From Euglena gracilis (lineage: Eukaryota): a DNA stretch of 64,000 nucleotides. The stretch is from contig CP154954.1 of the NCBI GenBank assembly GCA_039621445.1, forward strand, positions 17,638,589 to 17,702,588, in the 5' to 3' direction. Positions 49,241 to 61,900 of this stretch are shown here, piece by piece. The notes beneath the pieces were generated by a model, which did no database searches, was not told the DNA's origin, and worked only from the letters and a program-made list of their open reading frames with translations. A program made the position numbers and the translations under genes. How positions within the stretch are numbered: position 1 is the first letter of the stretch; each line of letters begins with the position of its first letter.

Positions 49241-52200
49241 TCAAGTAAAGGAAGGGGCTCCAGAAGTCAGGTCCGTGGTGAGGGGACCTCGGACTTTCAC
49301 GGTGATCTGGCTGTGCCACCTCTTCACTCCTCCACTCCTCTCTCCTTCACTCCTCGCGTTGAACACCAGGAGGACGTCGCCCGCCAGCATGTTGCCGTTC
49401 ACGGTCCATAGCAACAGTGGTCCGTCGCTGCGGCGGAAACATCCGTTCGGGAACAAGCCCCGACGGATCAGCGATGTCTGCGCCCCCGTGTCGATGACGG
49501 CCTTCGCCTTCTCCTCCCGGCCGTCGATCTCGATGACCACATCCAGCATCAGCTGGTAGCTGCAGCCCCGCCTCTCCGTGCGGCCCACCTGGAAGGGCCG
49601 GCGGGGGCGGTACTGCCACGGCCAGACGGTGACCTTGTGGACCTTCCGCAGGGGGTGAGATCGTCGGCGGCGGTGGTGACAGACTCGGTGGGTGCATCGT
49701 TGGGCGGCTCGGCGGGGGTGCACGATGCTTGGCGGGTGCACGACGGTGGTCGTTGGCGCGGAGCTCGGGACAGCGCCGCTGCTTGCGGGGGCAGGGCCGT
49801 CCGGCTTGGTGGCGTGGGGCGGACGCGGGTGCGGGTGACGGCGACGGCGGTATCGCGCTGGGTGGCACGGCTGCTTGGTGGGTTGGTGGGGTGCGCTCAC
49901 ACAGGTATCGGGACGACACCTTCTGGAATGAGATCGGTCGCGCCGCAGACGGTTGCTCGGAACGACGGGACTTATTCTGTAGCGCGGACCAGTAGTTGTT
50001 TGTCGAAATCTGATGGGCCCCGCCTTGACCGTGACCTTCCGGGCACGGTCTCTCCCCTCCCTGGGATATTTGGGGCTTGCTGGGTCTGGGGGGCGTGCGT
50101 AGCTCTTTGGTGCTGGCCCGCACGCTCACGCTGGCATTGGGATTTTGACGGCCGGCCCAGAACCCCATCCCTGGCGCCTGGGCGGTCCCGTCACTCATGA
50201 TACTGCTCCTGGACGGCTGGGACGTTGCTCTTGCCGTCCTTGCCTTTGCCCTTGGATTTTAATTTTCCTTCATCTCCTTTGGCTCCACCTTTCGCCTTGC
50301 CTTTTCCTTTGCCTTCATATTGTCTTGGTGCATTCGATGTCCACTGCTCGCCTTGGTACCCACCACCCTTTCCTTTTCCTTCATTTCCTTGCCAGGCACT
50401 CGATGACCACTGCTCGGCTTGGTATCCACCCATTCCTTTTCCTTCTTCACTTGTCCATGGGCTCGATGACCACTGCTCCGGGTACCCACGTCCCCCTTGG
50501 CCTTGTCTTTTGCCTTGGGGCGCGGGCACCGGCGTTGTCGGCAGGCGTGGTTGCTGCGCTTGCTTCTCCTTCTTCGGCGGCACATTTGCCTTCTCCACCT
50601 CCTGGGTGTACGGCTCCTCGGTGGTATCGTCGACCTCCACGTCCCGCTGCCACTGTGGTACCGGCCGCTTCTCCTGGATCTCCTTCTCTTCTCGGGGGCC
50701 ATCTTCGCTTCCATCCGCAGCCATCTCACCATGAGGTTGTGGATGTCCTTCGCAGGTAGGTCGCACGAGTCGGCCGCAACCGTGACGATGCTGCCGCCCT
50801 CGAGCCGCTGGCGGTCCTACGCGGCCTTCAGCAGGGTGCGGTGCTCGTCGCCCACTGGCACCACCACGAAGCGGCGCCCCGCCTTCCGCACTGAGGCGGG
50901 GACCACCGTGGTCTCTTGCTTGAACACCTCCTTCACCTCCTCCACCTTCGTGTCCATCGGCAGGCCCTCCAGCACGATGGACCGGTGGTCCACCCGCTTG
51001 TCCTCCTCCTGCGCCACCATCGGGCGCCAGGGGTTGAGGGGCATGGCCTCCACGAGGAGCTTCCCCAGTTCCTCCTCCTCCATGCCCACCTGCCTCGCCA
51101 TGGACGCCATCTGCGCGTAATACTCCCTCCACGATATCTCAGTCAGCTTCCCGCTCATCTCCAGCTTCAGCTTCCTCATTCTTCGCTGCAGGACCTCCCT
51201 TCTCCACCACTCGCCAGGTCCACCTCCGCGAACAGCACGGCATACTCCACCTCTCCCTTGGTTTCGATCTCCTCGTCCAGCATCACCACCGTGGCCTCGT
51301 CCAAAGCCGCGCGGAAAATGGCGAGGCGCTGAGCTGGCGTGATGGACGGCCACGCCTGCCCCAGTTCCTGAAGAAACAGGAGCCACCGCCTCCGCCACTG
51401 CAAACAGTCCTCCGGATGCCCGGAGAACCGGCCCGGGTGGAGGCCGAGGAGGGAGTCCACCAGCGGCGCCGGGAGGAAGTGCAGGGCCGACGGGTGGGCC
51501 TGCACCGGGGCGATGCGGACCTATCGCACCGCGGACGCGCTGGCGACGGGGACGGCGGACGGCGTGGTCAGGCGGGCGATGGAGAGGGACGGCACCCCAC
51601 CCCCTCCCGCCGCGACCTGCTTCCGGACCAGACGGAGAGCTGGTCGGAGGATGGACGACGGCTTGGGCTTCTCCATCTGAACTGTCCTCACCCTTGGCAC
51701 TGGCCGCTTCCGGGCCACCGGAACCGGCTGCTGCTCAGCCGGGGGTTGCGGAGCTTTGGCGGGCATTGCCTGCACCGCATTGGCTTGGGAGGATACGATC
51801 TCCTTCCAGACGATCTGGTCCAGCCGCTGCACGGCCATCACCACTGCTTGCGTCCGGACATTCACCTTCTGCACTTCGGTCTCCACAACCCGGATTTTGT
51901 CACCGGGGCTGTCCGCGGCGAGCCGTTGCACGGCCACGGCCAGTCCTTGAGCTTGGGCTCCCACCTTGTGGATCTCTGTCTCCATCTTCTGAATCCTCCC
52001 CACCATCAGCGGCGGCAGCTCGGCGGCTTTTGGGTCCTTGGCCGCGGCTGCCGCCACCTCGCTTGTGAGGGTGGACACCTGCGCATCCAGGAACCTGACC
52101 TGCTCCTTCAGCCAGGCGTTCTCGGCCTGCTGATACTGCAGCTGCTCCACCAGGCGCGGCGTCACCTCCACCGCCTTGCCTTGCGCCACAGCGGTCGCCT

Positions 52201-54120
52201 CCACCTTGGCGGTGAAGGCGGCCATCTGCACCTCGACGGCGTTGATCTACCCCTGCAGCTGGACGTTCTCGGCCCGCCACCTCTCCTTCTCCTGCAGCAG
52301 CTCCTGCACGGCGGCCCTGAGGTGCGCCACCTTCACCAGCTCGGTGAGTCCACTCGTCGGCACACCGCTCTTCACCGCCAACACCGCGGCCGCGGCGTTG
52401 TCTTCCGCCACCTTCACCTTCGCCCGCATCCTTCTGAGATCTTCACCGAAGTCTCCGAGCACGTCGTGGGTGTACTTCTTCACTCTTGTCATCCGCTCCT
52501 CCGCCGTGGCCACCATGGGCATGAGCTTGTGGAGTTGTGATATTCCTTGATGTAGTCTGACGATTTCGTCCTTCACCTTCACCACATTCTGCATCAGGTC
52601 CACGTGGGCCCCTTCTTGGGCCGCCCTTCTTGGGCGCCTTTTCCTCAGCTCTTGCACCGCCACTCCTTGCTCGTCCACCTTGTCCTTCACGGCGGGAGCC
52701 ATTTGCACGGCCGCCCAGCTGTCCCACATCTCCTTCGCCTTGGAGCCGATGAAGTCGACGATGTTGCAGAGGCGGTCCATCCGCATCTGCAACGCAGCGC
52801 ATGCAGCATCCCACTCGGGGGGACCCTGCATGACCTCGTCCGGCTTCTCTTCGACGTCGTACATCTCGCTCTGGTCTCCGGCCGCCAGCCACACCTTGTC
52901 GTCATCACGAGGACCTTCTCCCTGGCGTTGTTGATCACTTTCTCCTTCTCCCTCACCTCCGTCATCTCCTTCGTCGTCGGAGAGGCCCAGCCCCGGCACC
53001 TTGTGCGGCCGGACCGATGATGGTGGGGTGCGGAAATGCGGGTGCACGGCGGTGGTGCTCGGGTGTTCGCTGGGGGACCGGTAGGGAGGCGGCACTCCCA
53101 CCGGTGCGGCGATGGCTTAGCTGGACGACGACGCCATCTGCGACGGCGAGGGCCCCGCCACCGGCACAGGTGGCAGAGCAGACAGCATGGACGGATGCAC
53201 GGATGGGATCAGACCAGCCACGGGGACAGGGATCCCGTCTCGGCCCTCGGACTCGCCAGGGCCCAGCTCGTGGGCGGGGTGATAAGTGACGGCCTGCATG
53301 CCCTCATCAGGGCTCCTCAGTGGCCCGAGGCTGGGCACGGTCACCGGCAGGCCTGCGAAGGCCCGCTCACTCTGCAGCTCCTGGACGCCCCACAGGTGGG
53401 GCACCTCGGACAGGAACGGGAACGGGAAGGGCAGAGAAAGGATCAGCTGGGGGAACGGTGGGGCCCCGGGGAAAATCTGAGAGGGTGGGGCCCCGGGTGG
53501 TAGCCAGGGGGTCGGGTCCCAGCTCCTGGGCTGGGCTGATTTCGGGAACAGGAGGGGGACTTGGGACGAGTCTCGAGGGCTATCGACTAGGGACACGGAT
53601 TGGAGGGGGATGAGTGGGAGTTGGGGTGGGGCTGGGAGCGCGGGAGACGGGGATTGTGGGGATGGATGGGATGGGAGTGGGGATGGGGCAAGGGATCGGG
53701 GGGTCCTTTTCGGGGTGTTTTCTTGCGCTTCCTGAGGGCTATCGGAAAGACTTGCGGTGGGGGCTACCACTTCAGAGTCCGCCGCAAGGGTTGGGATCTG
53801 TGTCCCAAGGGTCTGTGTCCCGGTGGGCTGTAGCCTCTTCATTTGTGGAAAATTCTGGGGAGGTGTGTACGCTTTGCATTTCAAAAAGAAGGCACTCGAG
53901 AAAATGGCCTTTAATGGAAAACGTAGAAGGAACAAGCTTCTGCTACCAGTTTTCCCCTCTCGCCGGTTCGGTGACCGTGCGCGGAATGGGCTCCCGGGCG
54001 GCCGAGCGGGGGAAAAACGTCACCCGACGCTCCGGTAAAAAATAGGCACACGCGCCCCAAAAATTCCCTTTTTTGTGTCTTTCGGTCCCTGAATTCAGCC
54101 AGAACCTGGGTTCCGGCAGC
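49241..54120 (-). mobile_element. truncated LTR-type (Ty3/gypsy-like) retroelement, copy 1: PBS-gag-protease, methyltransferase deleted, no RT
   Basis: PBS at 53939-53948. Frameshifted coiled-coil and capsid-like Gag (PGRFSGHPEDCLQWRRRW) ~50191-53101. Aspartic protease AVIDTGAQTSLI ~49340-49560. Confidence 0.8.
53939..53948 (-). promoter_or_regulatory. primer-binding site complementary to the tRNA-iMet 3' end (second copy 63817-63826)
   Basis: Minus strand reads TGGTAGCAGA, the complement of the ...UCUGCUACCA-3' end of initiator Met tRNA. It lies upstream of gag in both copies. Confidence 0.7.
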
Positions 54121-57100
54121 CAAGTAATTCAAAAAATGGGGGGGGGGCGGTATTTTTGGCCAACTCCTTGGGGGTGTCTCTAAAGCAGTAGGGGGGGGGG
54201 GTGAGGAAAAGCCTGGTTTGAATTTTAGAAACGGGTGGCGGGGGGGGGTAGCGGAAAAACACCTTCACCTTGCTTCCCAGCACTGCTTGCTCTTCCTTCT
54301 GTCGAAATTTATTTCCTGCCTTTTGTTTGACCTTCCGAAGTGACTTTTTGAAATTCTTGGACAATTGTTTTCTCAAATTCAGATTAATATTCTGATTCTT
54401 CTTGATTCAACACGCACAATTCTTTGAATAAACCACTCGGAAAAGAGAACCTGGGGGGGGGAAGTGCACAGGTAAAAAAAGTAGCGGAATGGGGCAGAAA
54501 ATTCGCTAATTCAGGTGCGCAAGCGCCAGGCCTCCTCCCGCCGCCCCACATGGCTGGCCCGTGCATAATTGGCTGGGACACTGCAATTTCTGGGCTTCTC
54601 TGACCCAAAAAATGCTGGCTGGTTGACTGAGCCGGCTCCTGTATGATGGGCTTGGCGAACCATACACTTGGCCCGTGTATGCTTCGCTGGGCTGGCCCTT
54701 GCAGGATTGGTTGTGGCTGGGCTAACTCCTGCCCAGCTGACTGAGCTGGTGCTACAGCTGGCTCGGGCTGGGCTGGCCCCCCGACTGTTGACTGGGGCTG
54801 GGCTGCCCCTCCGACGGCCGGCTGTTGCTGGGCTGGCCCTGCGTTTGGCTGGTGCTGGGCTGGCCCTGCGTTTGGCTGGTGCTGGGCTGGCCCTGCGTTT
54901 GGAAATGCAATTCTCAATTTAAATTGCAAACAGGCTTCAACTCCCAAAACTCTCGTGGGTAAAAACTTGCTGACTCATTTCTGCTGGCTGTGGCTGGCAC
55001 TGAACTGGCGTTGGGCTGGGCTGTGCAATTCCAATCATAAATTGCGACTCAGCCTGCCCAATTTCCAGACCCCCTTGGACTGGAAATTGTTAAACACCAG
55101 CGTCATACTTTGCCACTTCGTCGTCTTGCTTGCTGGGCTTCTGGTCCCGTCGGCCTTCCTCGTTCAATTGATAATATTTCGGTCCGTTGCCAATTGAACT
55201 TCTGGCCTCCACAGGGCCTCGGTCCTCTTGGCCCTCTCGCAGCACCTGAGGCATGGACGCCTGCAACAAACTGGAATTATTTTCAAATAGGTTGGGAGGC
55301 AACAGAAAACTTTCATGGTGACCCAGATTGTTGTAATCAACAAAAAACACCTGGGGTTCCGTCTGGAAACCCCCTTGGATCTCCCTGAATTGTAATGTCG
55401 GCGACATTACAAACCAACACATGGCTGCTGTCTTCAAGCCAATGATGACAATCATCACCAAAAAATCCAACCCATCACCGCAACCAGTTCCATAATTGTT
55501 GGTGTCTGAAAGTTTGCCTCTGCGAAACTGAGGGGAAAACAACTTACACAGACAAAATCATTCACTGACAATCCAACCAAAAACAGATTGCAGCTTTCTC
55601 CCCTCTGATTACCATGTTTACGCTGGGAAACATGTATTTTGAAATTTTGAAAAACACAAAAAAGCAACCGCAGCACAAACCTTCGCGACCATGTTAACGC
55701 GGGACGCCAACCCCGAGTCCGCCCCCCCCCCGAGGAGGAACCCGGCGACGTAGGGTCTTTATTCTCCACCTCAGTTTCAGGGATCCAACACCAACTCGAA
55801 TCCCTTCAGGATCTTCTCTGCGTTCCCTTTTGGATAAAACCAGGGTGGGCTGAGGTCCCTGATTCCTACCCAAACCCACTGTCATGTTCAGGGGGGGGGG
55901 GAAGAACTCCCAGCCATCTGGTCTCTTTATCAAACCCACACCAACACTCCCGCAAGAAACATTTCCAGACTGTTTCTGGATAAATCCAAGACCTGTGTTG
56001 GAAAACAAAACCCAAACAAACAGGCAAAACAACATGACTTCGCAGCCAACAAAACAAAGTTTCACGAGTGACCGTTCAGCCAATGAATGTTACCGCAGTT
56101 TCAACTTCTGGCAATGCCTTTTTTTGATTTGCTTGACTTCATTCAATGATGTTTCATAGTCCAAGAATCTCAACAACTTGCATCTTTGAGAAACTTGGAA
56201 AACTGGGAAACCCACTGTGGAAAGTGGAACATGAAAACAAATGTGCAGAACGCGGGCAACTCAATGAGACTACGCGACATACCAACCCCCACCTCCCAAT
56301 ACAGCCAACTGCCCTTTGCATGTGCTGGTTGGGTTATTGGAAGGTTACTGATTAGGCATGGCCACAGATTAGGATAGGAGCCTATGAAGGCACTCCCTAC
56401 CTTTGGCGTCATTCCCTCCTCTCTTCCTGCGCCCTGTCCCCCAGGTCCCACACTCTGGAAAATGACTCTGGCCATTGTTTCGTATGTGAGAACCCAACTT
56501 TCATCCTGGAAGAAAAATCCAAAGTGCAAAGATATTTCTCCCCTATCATTTCAGGTCACACTCCAGTTTAGCCAACCACAGGGCCACACACTGGCTCGCA
56601 CAAGCTTGCAAACAAACGGTCATTCACCTTTCTGGAGGCGCAGGGGCTACGTGCGGTCAAAGCGACTCCTCGCACACACACCCCCCTTAGCGCTCAGAAA
56701 GATCTTGAATCCCCCACCCCCCGTGGGGATGCTAAGAGGCACATTTCTCCCGCCTCGGCAGGAGGTGCCCAAGGACCTGCCCCCCCCCCAAACCTCAGGA
56801 GGTGCGGGACAATTTCTCCTCACTCTTCACACTGTTCGCCGGATGAACGGACATTACTACAGGAAGCCTCACCCCCCCTTCAGCGGAGTGGGTGTTCTTC
56901 AGGTGAGATTGCCGATGGCAATCTCTTGAGAATGGGGGTGTGAGTGGTCCAGGTGCATTTTCATAGTCACCAGGAAATCACAGGCTGAGCCCTAATTTAA
57001 ACAGGCAGATCCTAATTCACAGAAAAAATGATGGTGCTGTCTGTAGGTGGCTGTCAACATACACTGTGCACTCCGTTGTCTGGGATTACTTTCCTGAGAT

Positions 57101-57199
57101 TGGATTTGTTTGATTTTGTCTGCGGCGCAAGTTTATTTCAAGTTTGGTCATTGCTGCTGGAAGTGGGATTTTGGGAAAGAGATTTCAGTGAAAGGGATG

Positions 57200-57525
57200 T
57201 CAAGTAAAGGAAGGGGCTCCAGAAGTCAGGTCCGTAGTAAGGGGACCTCGGACTTTCACGGTGATCTGGCTGTGCCACCTCTTCACTCCTCCACTCCTCT
57301 CTCCTTCACTCCTCGCGTTGAACACCAGGAGGACGTCCGCCTCGTTGCTGCCGCCCGCCAGCATGTCGCCGTTCACGGTCCGTAGCAACAGTGGTCGCTC
57401 GCAGCGGCGGAAACATCCGTTCGGGAACAAGCCCCGACGGATCAGCGATGTCTGCGCCCCCGTGTCGATGAGGGCCTTCGCCTTCTCCTCCCGGCCGTCG
57501 ATCTCGATGACCACATCCAGCATCA
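57200..57525 (-). pseudogene. retroviral-like aspartic protease fragment (duplicate of 49241-49552)
   Basis: MLDVVIEIDGREEKAKALIDTGAQTSLIRRGLFP. Part of a direct duplication, ~48941-49552 vs ~56900-57525. Confidence 0.85.
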
Positions 57526-57699
57526 GAGCTGTTTTGCTCCTGCGTCTGGTTGGTGTGCGCGCAGGTGCTTGTAAGTGCACATTTGCTGCCGGAGATGGCG
57601 AAGATGAGGCCTCATACGACACCTGGACAACGCTGAACTATTGTGGACACGCCCTGTCCTGTCAAATTGTTTTTTGCGGGTGTCTCCCGCGCTGGCGGA

Positions 57700-58025
57700 G
57701 ACTGTTGTCTCTTTTTGCAGCCTTTCTGGTTGGAGGGTCTCGGGTTTTTGGCTGGGGTCACCCTTTCTGGCTGGGACGTCTTTCTTTTTCTGGTGTCTCT
57801 CTGGGAAGGGAGGAGTTGGGCTCACTCACCATCTTCTTTTGCTCTGCCATCCTGGCCCATTCCTCCCCCTTCCCGTGTCGTGGGAGTCCGAGGCAAGTCG
57901 GGCTCCGCATTGCAAGGAAATTCTGCAGAGGGGGGTTAACATCACCCATTGGAAACCTCACAGCTCCAGAGGGGCTGGGGCTTTATTATGGAAAAATACT
58001 TCCGTGCAAGTGGAGGTTCTGGGGC
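57700..58025. mobile_element. DIRS fragments (ICR/circle junction and YR piece) of a third family
   Basis: GGAGTCCGA-GGCAAG-TCGGGCTCC junction at ~57883-57906. HWKPHSSRGAGALLW YR motif at ~57920-58010. Confidence 0.75.
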
Positions 58026-58974
58026 TAATGAGTGGGTGTTTGTGGGAGATTAGCCACCTCCTCCTGTGGAGGGGGTCCGGGAAACCTGAAGAACACCCAC
58101 TCCGCTGAAGGGGGGGTGAGGCTTCCTGTAGTAATGTCTGTTCATCCCGCGAACAGTGTGAAGAGTGAGGAGAAATTGTCCCACACCTCCTGAGGTTTGG
58201 GGGGGGGGCAGGTCCTTGGGTACCTCCTGCCGAGGCGGGAGAAATGTGCCTCTTAGCATCCCCACGGGAGGTGGGGGATTCAAGATCTTTCTGAGCGCTA
58301 AGGGGGGTGTGTGTGCGAGGAGTCGCTTTGACCGCACGTAGCCCCTGCGCCTCCAGAAAGGTGAATGACCGTTTGTTTGCAAGCTTGTGCAAGCCAGTGT
58401 GTGGCCCTGTGGTTGGCTAAACTGGAGTGTGACCTGAAATGATAGGGGAGAAATATCTTTGCACTTTGGATTTTTCTTCCAGGATGAAAGTTGGGTTCTC
58501 ACATACGGAACAATGGCCAGAGTCATTTTCCAGAGTGTGGGAACTGGGGGACAGGGCGCAGGAAGAGAGGAGGAAATGACGCCAAAGGTAGGGAGTGCCT
58601 TCATAGGCTCCTATCCTAATCTGTGGCCATGCCTAATCAGTAACCTTCCAATAACCCAACCAGCACATGCAAAGGGCAGTTGGCTGTATTGGGAGGTGGG
58701 GGTTGGTATGTCGCATAGTCTCATTGAGTTGCCCGCGTTCTGCACATTTGTTTTCATGTTCCACTTTCCACAGTGGGTTTCCCAGTTTTCCAAGTTTCTC
58801 AAAGATGCAAGTTGTTGAGATTCTTGGACTATGAAACATCATTGAATGAAGTCAATCAAATCAAAAAAAGGCATTGTCAGAAGTTGAAACTGCGGTAACA
58901 TTCATTGGCTGAACGGTCACTCGTGAAACTTTGATTTTTTGTTATAAATAAAAAACAATATGCAAAAAAAACAC

Positions 58975-61900
58975 GTATCTCATTCTGAAATGAGATACGC
59001 CTGCTCTCGGGTGCCGCGCTGCTGGGATGTCCCACCCAGCTGCCGTCGGTGATATCTCCGTCCATCTTGCTCCTCCAGGATGTTCTAGCACTGGCCGTTT
59101 GCACACGATGTCCTGCATGTGGGCCATGGAGTCCGCGATCCAGAAGCGTGTGGGCTTGCGATAGCCCCACGCCTCGAACATGCAGTAGTCCACATCGACG
59201 TTCTGCATGTCCTCGACGACCTTGCGGTGGCGGAGTTTCCCATAGCAGGGATTCTCCAGCCGCCACAGGGACGGCCGCAGGTAGGCGATGATCTCCTTCA
59301 TCTTGCGGACCAGGAAGTCGGCCTTCCGCAGCCGCCGCCTCCTGGTCGTGATCCCGCTGGAGTACTCGGTGCACGGCGGCGAGGCGGCGACCAGCTCGAA
59401 GTCGCCGGACCAGTACTCCTCCCAGTACCGCCAGCGCCGCATGTACACCGTCTTGTCCGCCTTCCCCCGCGGGTCGGCGTCCACCGAGACGACGGAGTAG
59501 CCGAGCTTCTCCAGCGCCCGCTTCACCGAACCCGTTCCGGAGAACAGGTCCAGTTCCCACCTCTTCGGCGATCAGGTTGGCGGTGACGATGCGGCCGACT
59601 TCGGCGCCGCCCGTGAGGACGGTGCGCTCTGCGGGGGAACGGTGTGCTGGTTGCTGCGGGTGCGGGGCGTGGTGCCGCTGACGGCGCTGCTGATGGCGGG
59701 GGCAGCGTCGTCCGGCTTGGTGCGGACTGGCGTGGTGCTCGCTCCTGCTGCTGCCGGGCTGGGGGCGTCGCGGTGGCACGATGCTGCGTAGACGATGACA
59801 CGGACGCTGCTGGCTTGGCGGGGGGCGATGACTGCGCAGAAGAGACCGGTCGCGCCGCAGACGGTTGCTCGGAACGACGGGACTTATTCTGTAGCGCGGA
59901 CCAGTAGTTGTTTGTCGAAATCTGATGGCCCCCGCCTTGACCGTGACCTTCCGGGCGCGGTCTCTCCCCTCCCTGGGATTTTTGGGGCTTGCTGGGTCTG
60001 GGGGGCGCGCGGAGCTCTTTGGTGATGGCCCGCACGCTCACGCTGGCATTGGGATTTTGACGGCCGGCCCAGAACCCCATCCCTGGCGCCTGGGCGGCCC
60101 CGTCACTCATGATACTGCTCCTGGACGGATGAGACGTTGCTCTTGCCGTCCTTGCCTTTGCCCTTGGATTTTTATTTTCCTTGATCTCCTTTGGCTCCAC
60201 CTTTCGCCTTGCCTTTTCCTTTGCCTTCATCTTGTCTTGGTGCATTCGATGTCCACTGCTCGCCTTGGTACCCACCACCCTTTCCTTTTCCTTCATTTCC
60301 TTGCCATGCACTCGATGACCACTGCTCGGCTTGGTATCCACCCATTCCTTTTCCTTCTACTGCTCCGGGTACCCACGTCCCCCTTGGCCTTGTCTTTTGC
60401 CTTGGGGCGCGGGCACCGGCGTTGTCGGCGGGCGTGGTTGCTGCGCTTGCTTCTCCTTCTTCGGCGGCACATTTGTCTTCTCCAACTCCTGGGTGTACGG
60501 CTCCTCGGTGGTATCGTCGACCTCCACGTCCCGCTGCCACCGTGGTACCGGCCGCTTCTCCTGGATCTCCTTCTCTTCTCGGGGGCCATCTTCGCCTCCA
60601 TCCGCAGCCATCTCACCATGAGGTTGTGGATGTCCTTCGCAGGTAGGTCGCACGAGTCGGCCGTCACCGTGACGATGCTGCCGCCCTCGAGCCGCTGGCG
60701 GTCCTACACGGCCTTCAGCAGGGTGCGGTGCTCGTCGCCCACTGGCACCACCACGAAGCGGCGCCCCGCCTTCCGCACTGAGGCGGGGGCCACCGTGGTC
60801 TCTTGCTTGAACACCTCCTTCACCTCCTCCACCTTCGTGTCCATCGGCAGGCCCTCCAGCACGATGGACCGGTGGTCCACCCGCTTGTCCTCCTCCTGCG
60901 CCACCATCGGGTGCCAGGGGTTGAGGGGCATGGCCTCCACGAGGAGCTTCCCCAGTTCCTCCTCCTCCATGCCCACCTGCCTCGCCATGGACGCCATCTG
61001 CGCGTAATACTCCCTCCACGACTTCTCAGTCAGCTTCCCGCTTATCACCAGTTTCAGCTTCCTCATTCGTCGCTGCAGGACCTCCTTTCTCCACCACTCG
61101 CCAGGTCCACCTCCGCGAACAGCACGGCATACTCCACCTCTCCCTTGGTTTCGATCTCCTCGTCCAGCATCACCACCGTGGCCTCGTCCAAAGCCGCGCG
61201 GAACATGGCGAGGCGCTGAGCTGGCGTGATGGACGGCCACGCCTGCTCCAGTTCCTGAAGAAACAGGAGCCACCGCCTCCGCCACTGCAAACAGTCCTCC
61301 GGATGCCCGGAGAACCGGCCCGGGTGGAGGCCGATGAGGGAGTCCACCAGCGGCGCCGGGAGGAAGTGCAGGGCCGATGGCTGGGCCTGCACCGGGGCGA
61401 TGCGGACCTATCGCACCGCGGACGCGCTGGCGACGGGGACGGCGGACGGCGTGGTCAGGCGGGCGATGGAGAGGGACGGCACCCCACCCCCTCCCGCCGC
61501 GACCTGTTTCCCGACCCGACCAGACGGAGAGCTGGTCGGAGGATGGACGACGGCTTGGGCTTCTCCATCTGGACTGTCCTCACCCTTGGCACTGGCCTCT
61601 TCCGGGCCACCGGCACCGGCTGCTGCTCAGCCGGGGGTTGCGGAGCTTTGGCGGGCATTGCCTGCACCGCATTGGCTTGGGAGGATACGATCTCCTTCGA
61701 GACGATCTGGTCCAGCCGCTGCACGGCCATCACCACTGCTTGCGTCCGGACATTCACCTTCTGCACTTCGGTCTCCACAACCCGGATCTTTTCACCGAGG
61801 CTGTCCGCGGCGAGCCGTTGCACGGCCACGGCCAGTCCTTGAGCTTGGGCTCCCACCTTCTGGATCTCTGTCTCCATCGTCTGGATCCTCCCAACCATCA

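Larger units (their letters stand above)
56055..58933. repeat. ~850-bp inverted duplication (56055-56904 vs 58084-58933)
   Basis: Mirror-image sequence with near-identical ORFs on opposite strands (e.g. 56170..56529 - and 58459..58818 +). Confidence 0.95.

Noticed and set aside
54384-55542. Minus-strand ORFs with PNAGPAQHQ repeats (27-bp tandem repeat at ~54825-54902)
   Set aside because: No recognisable domain and broken frames. Possibly another decayed element, but not supportable.
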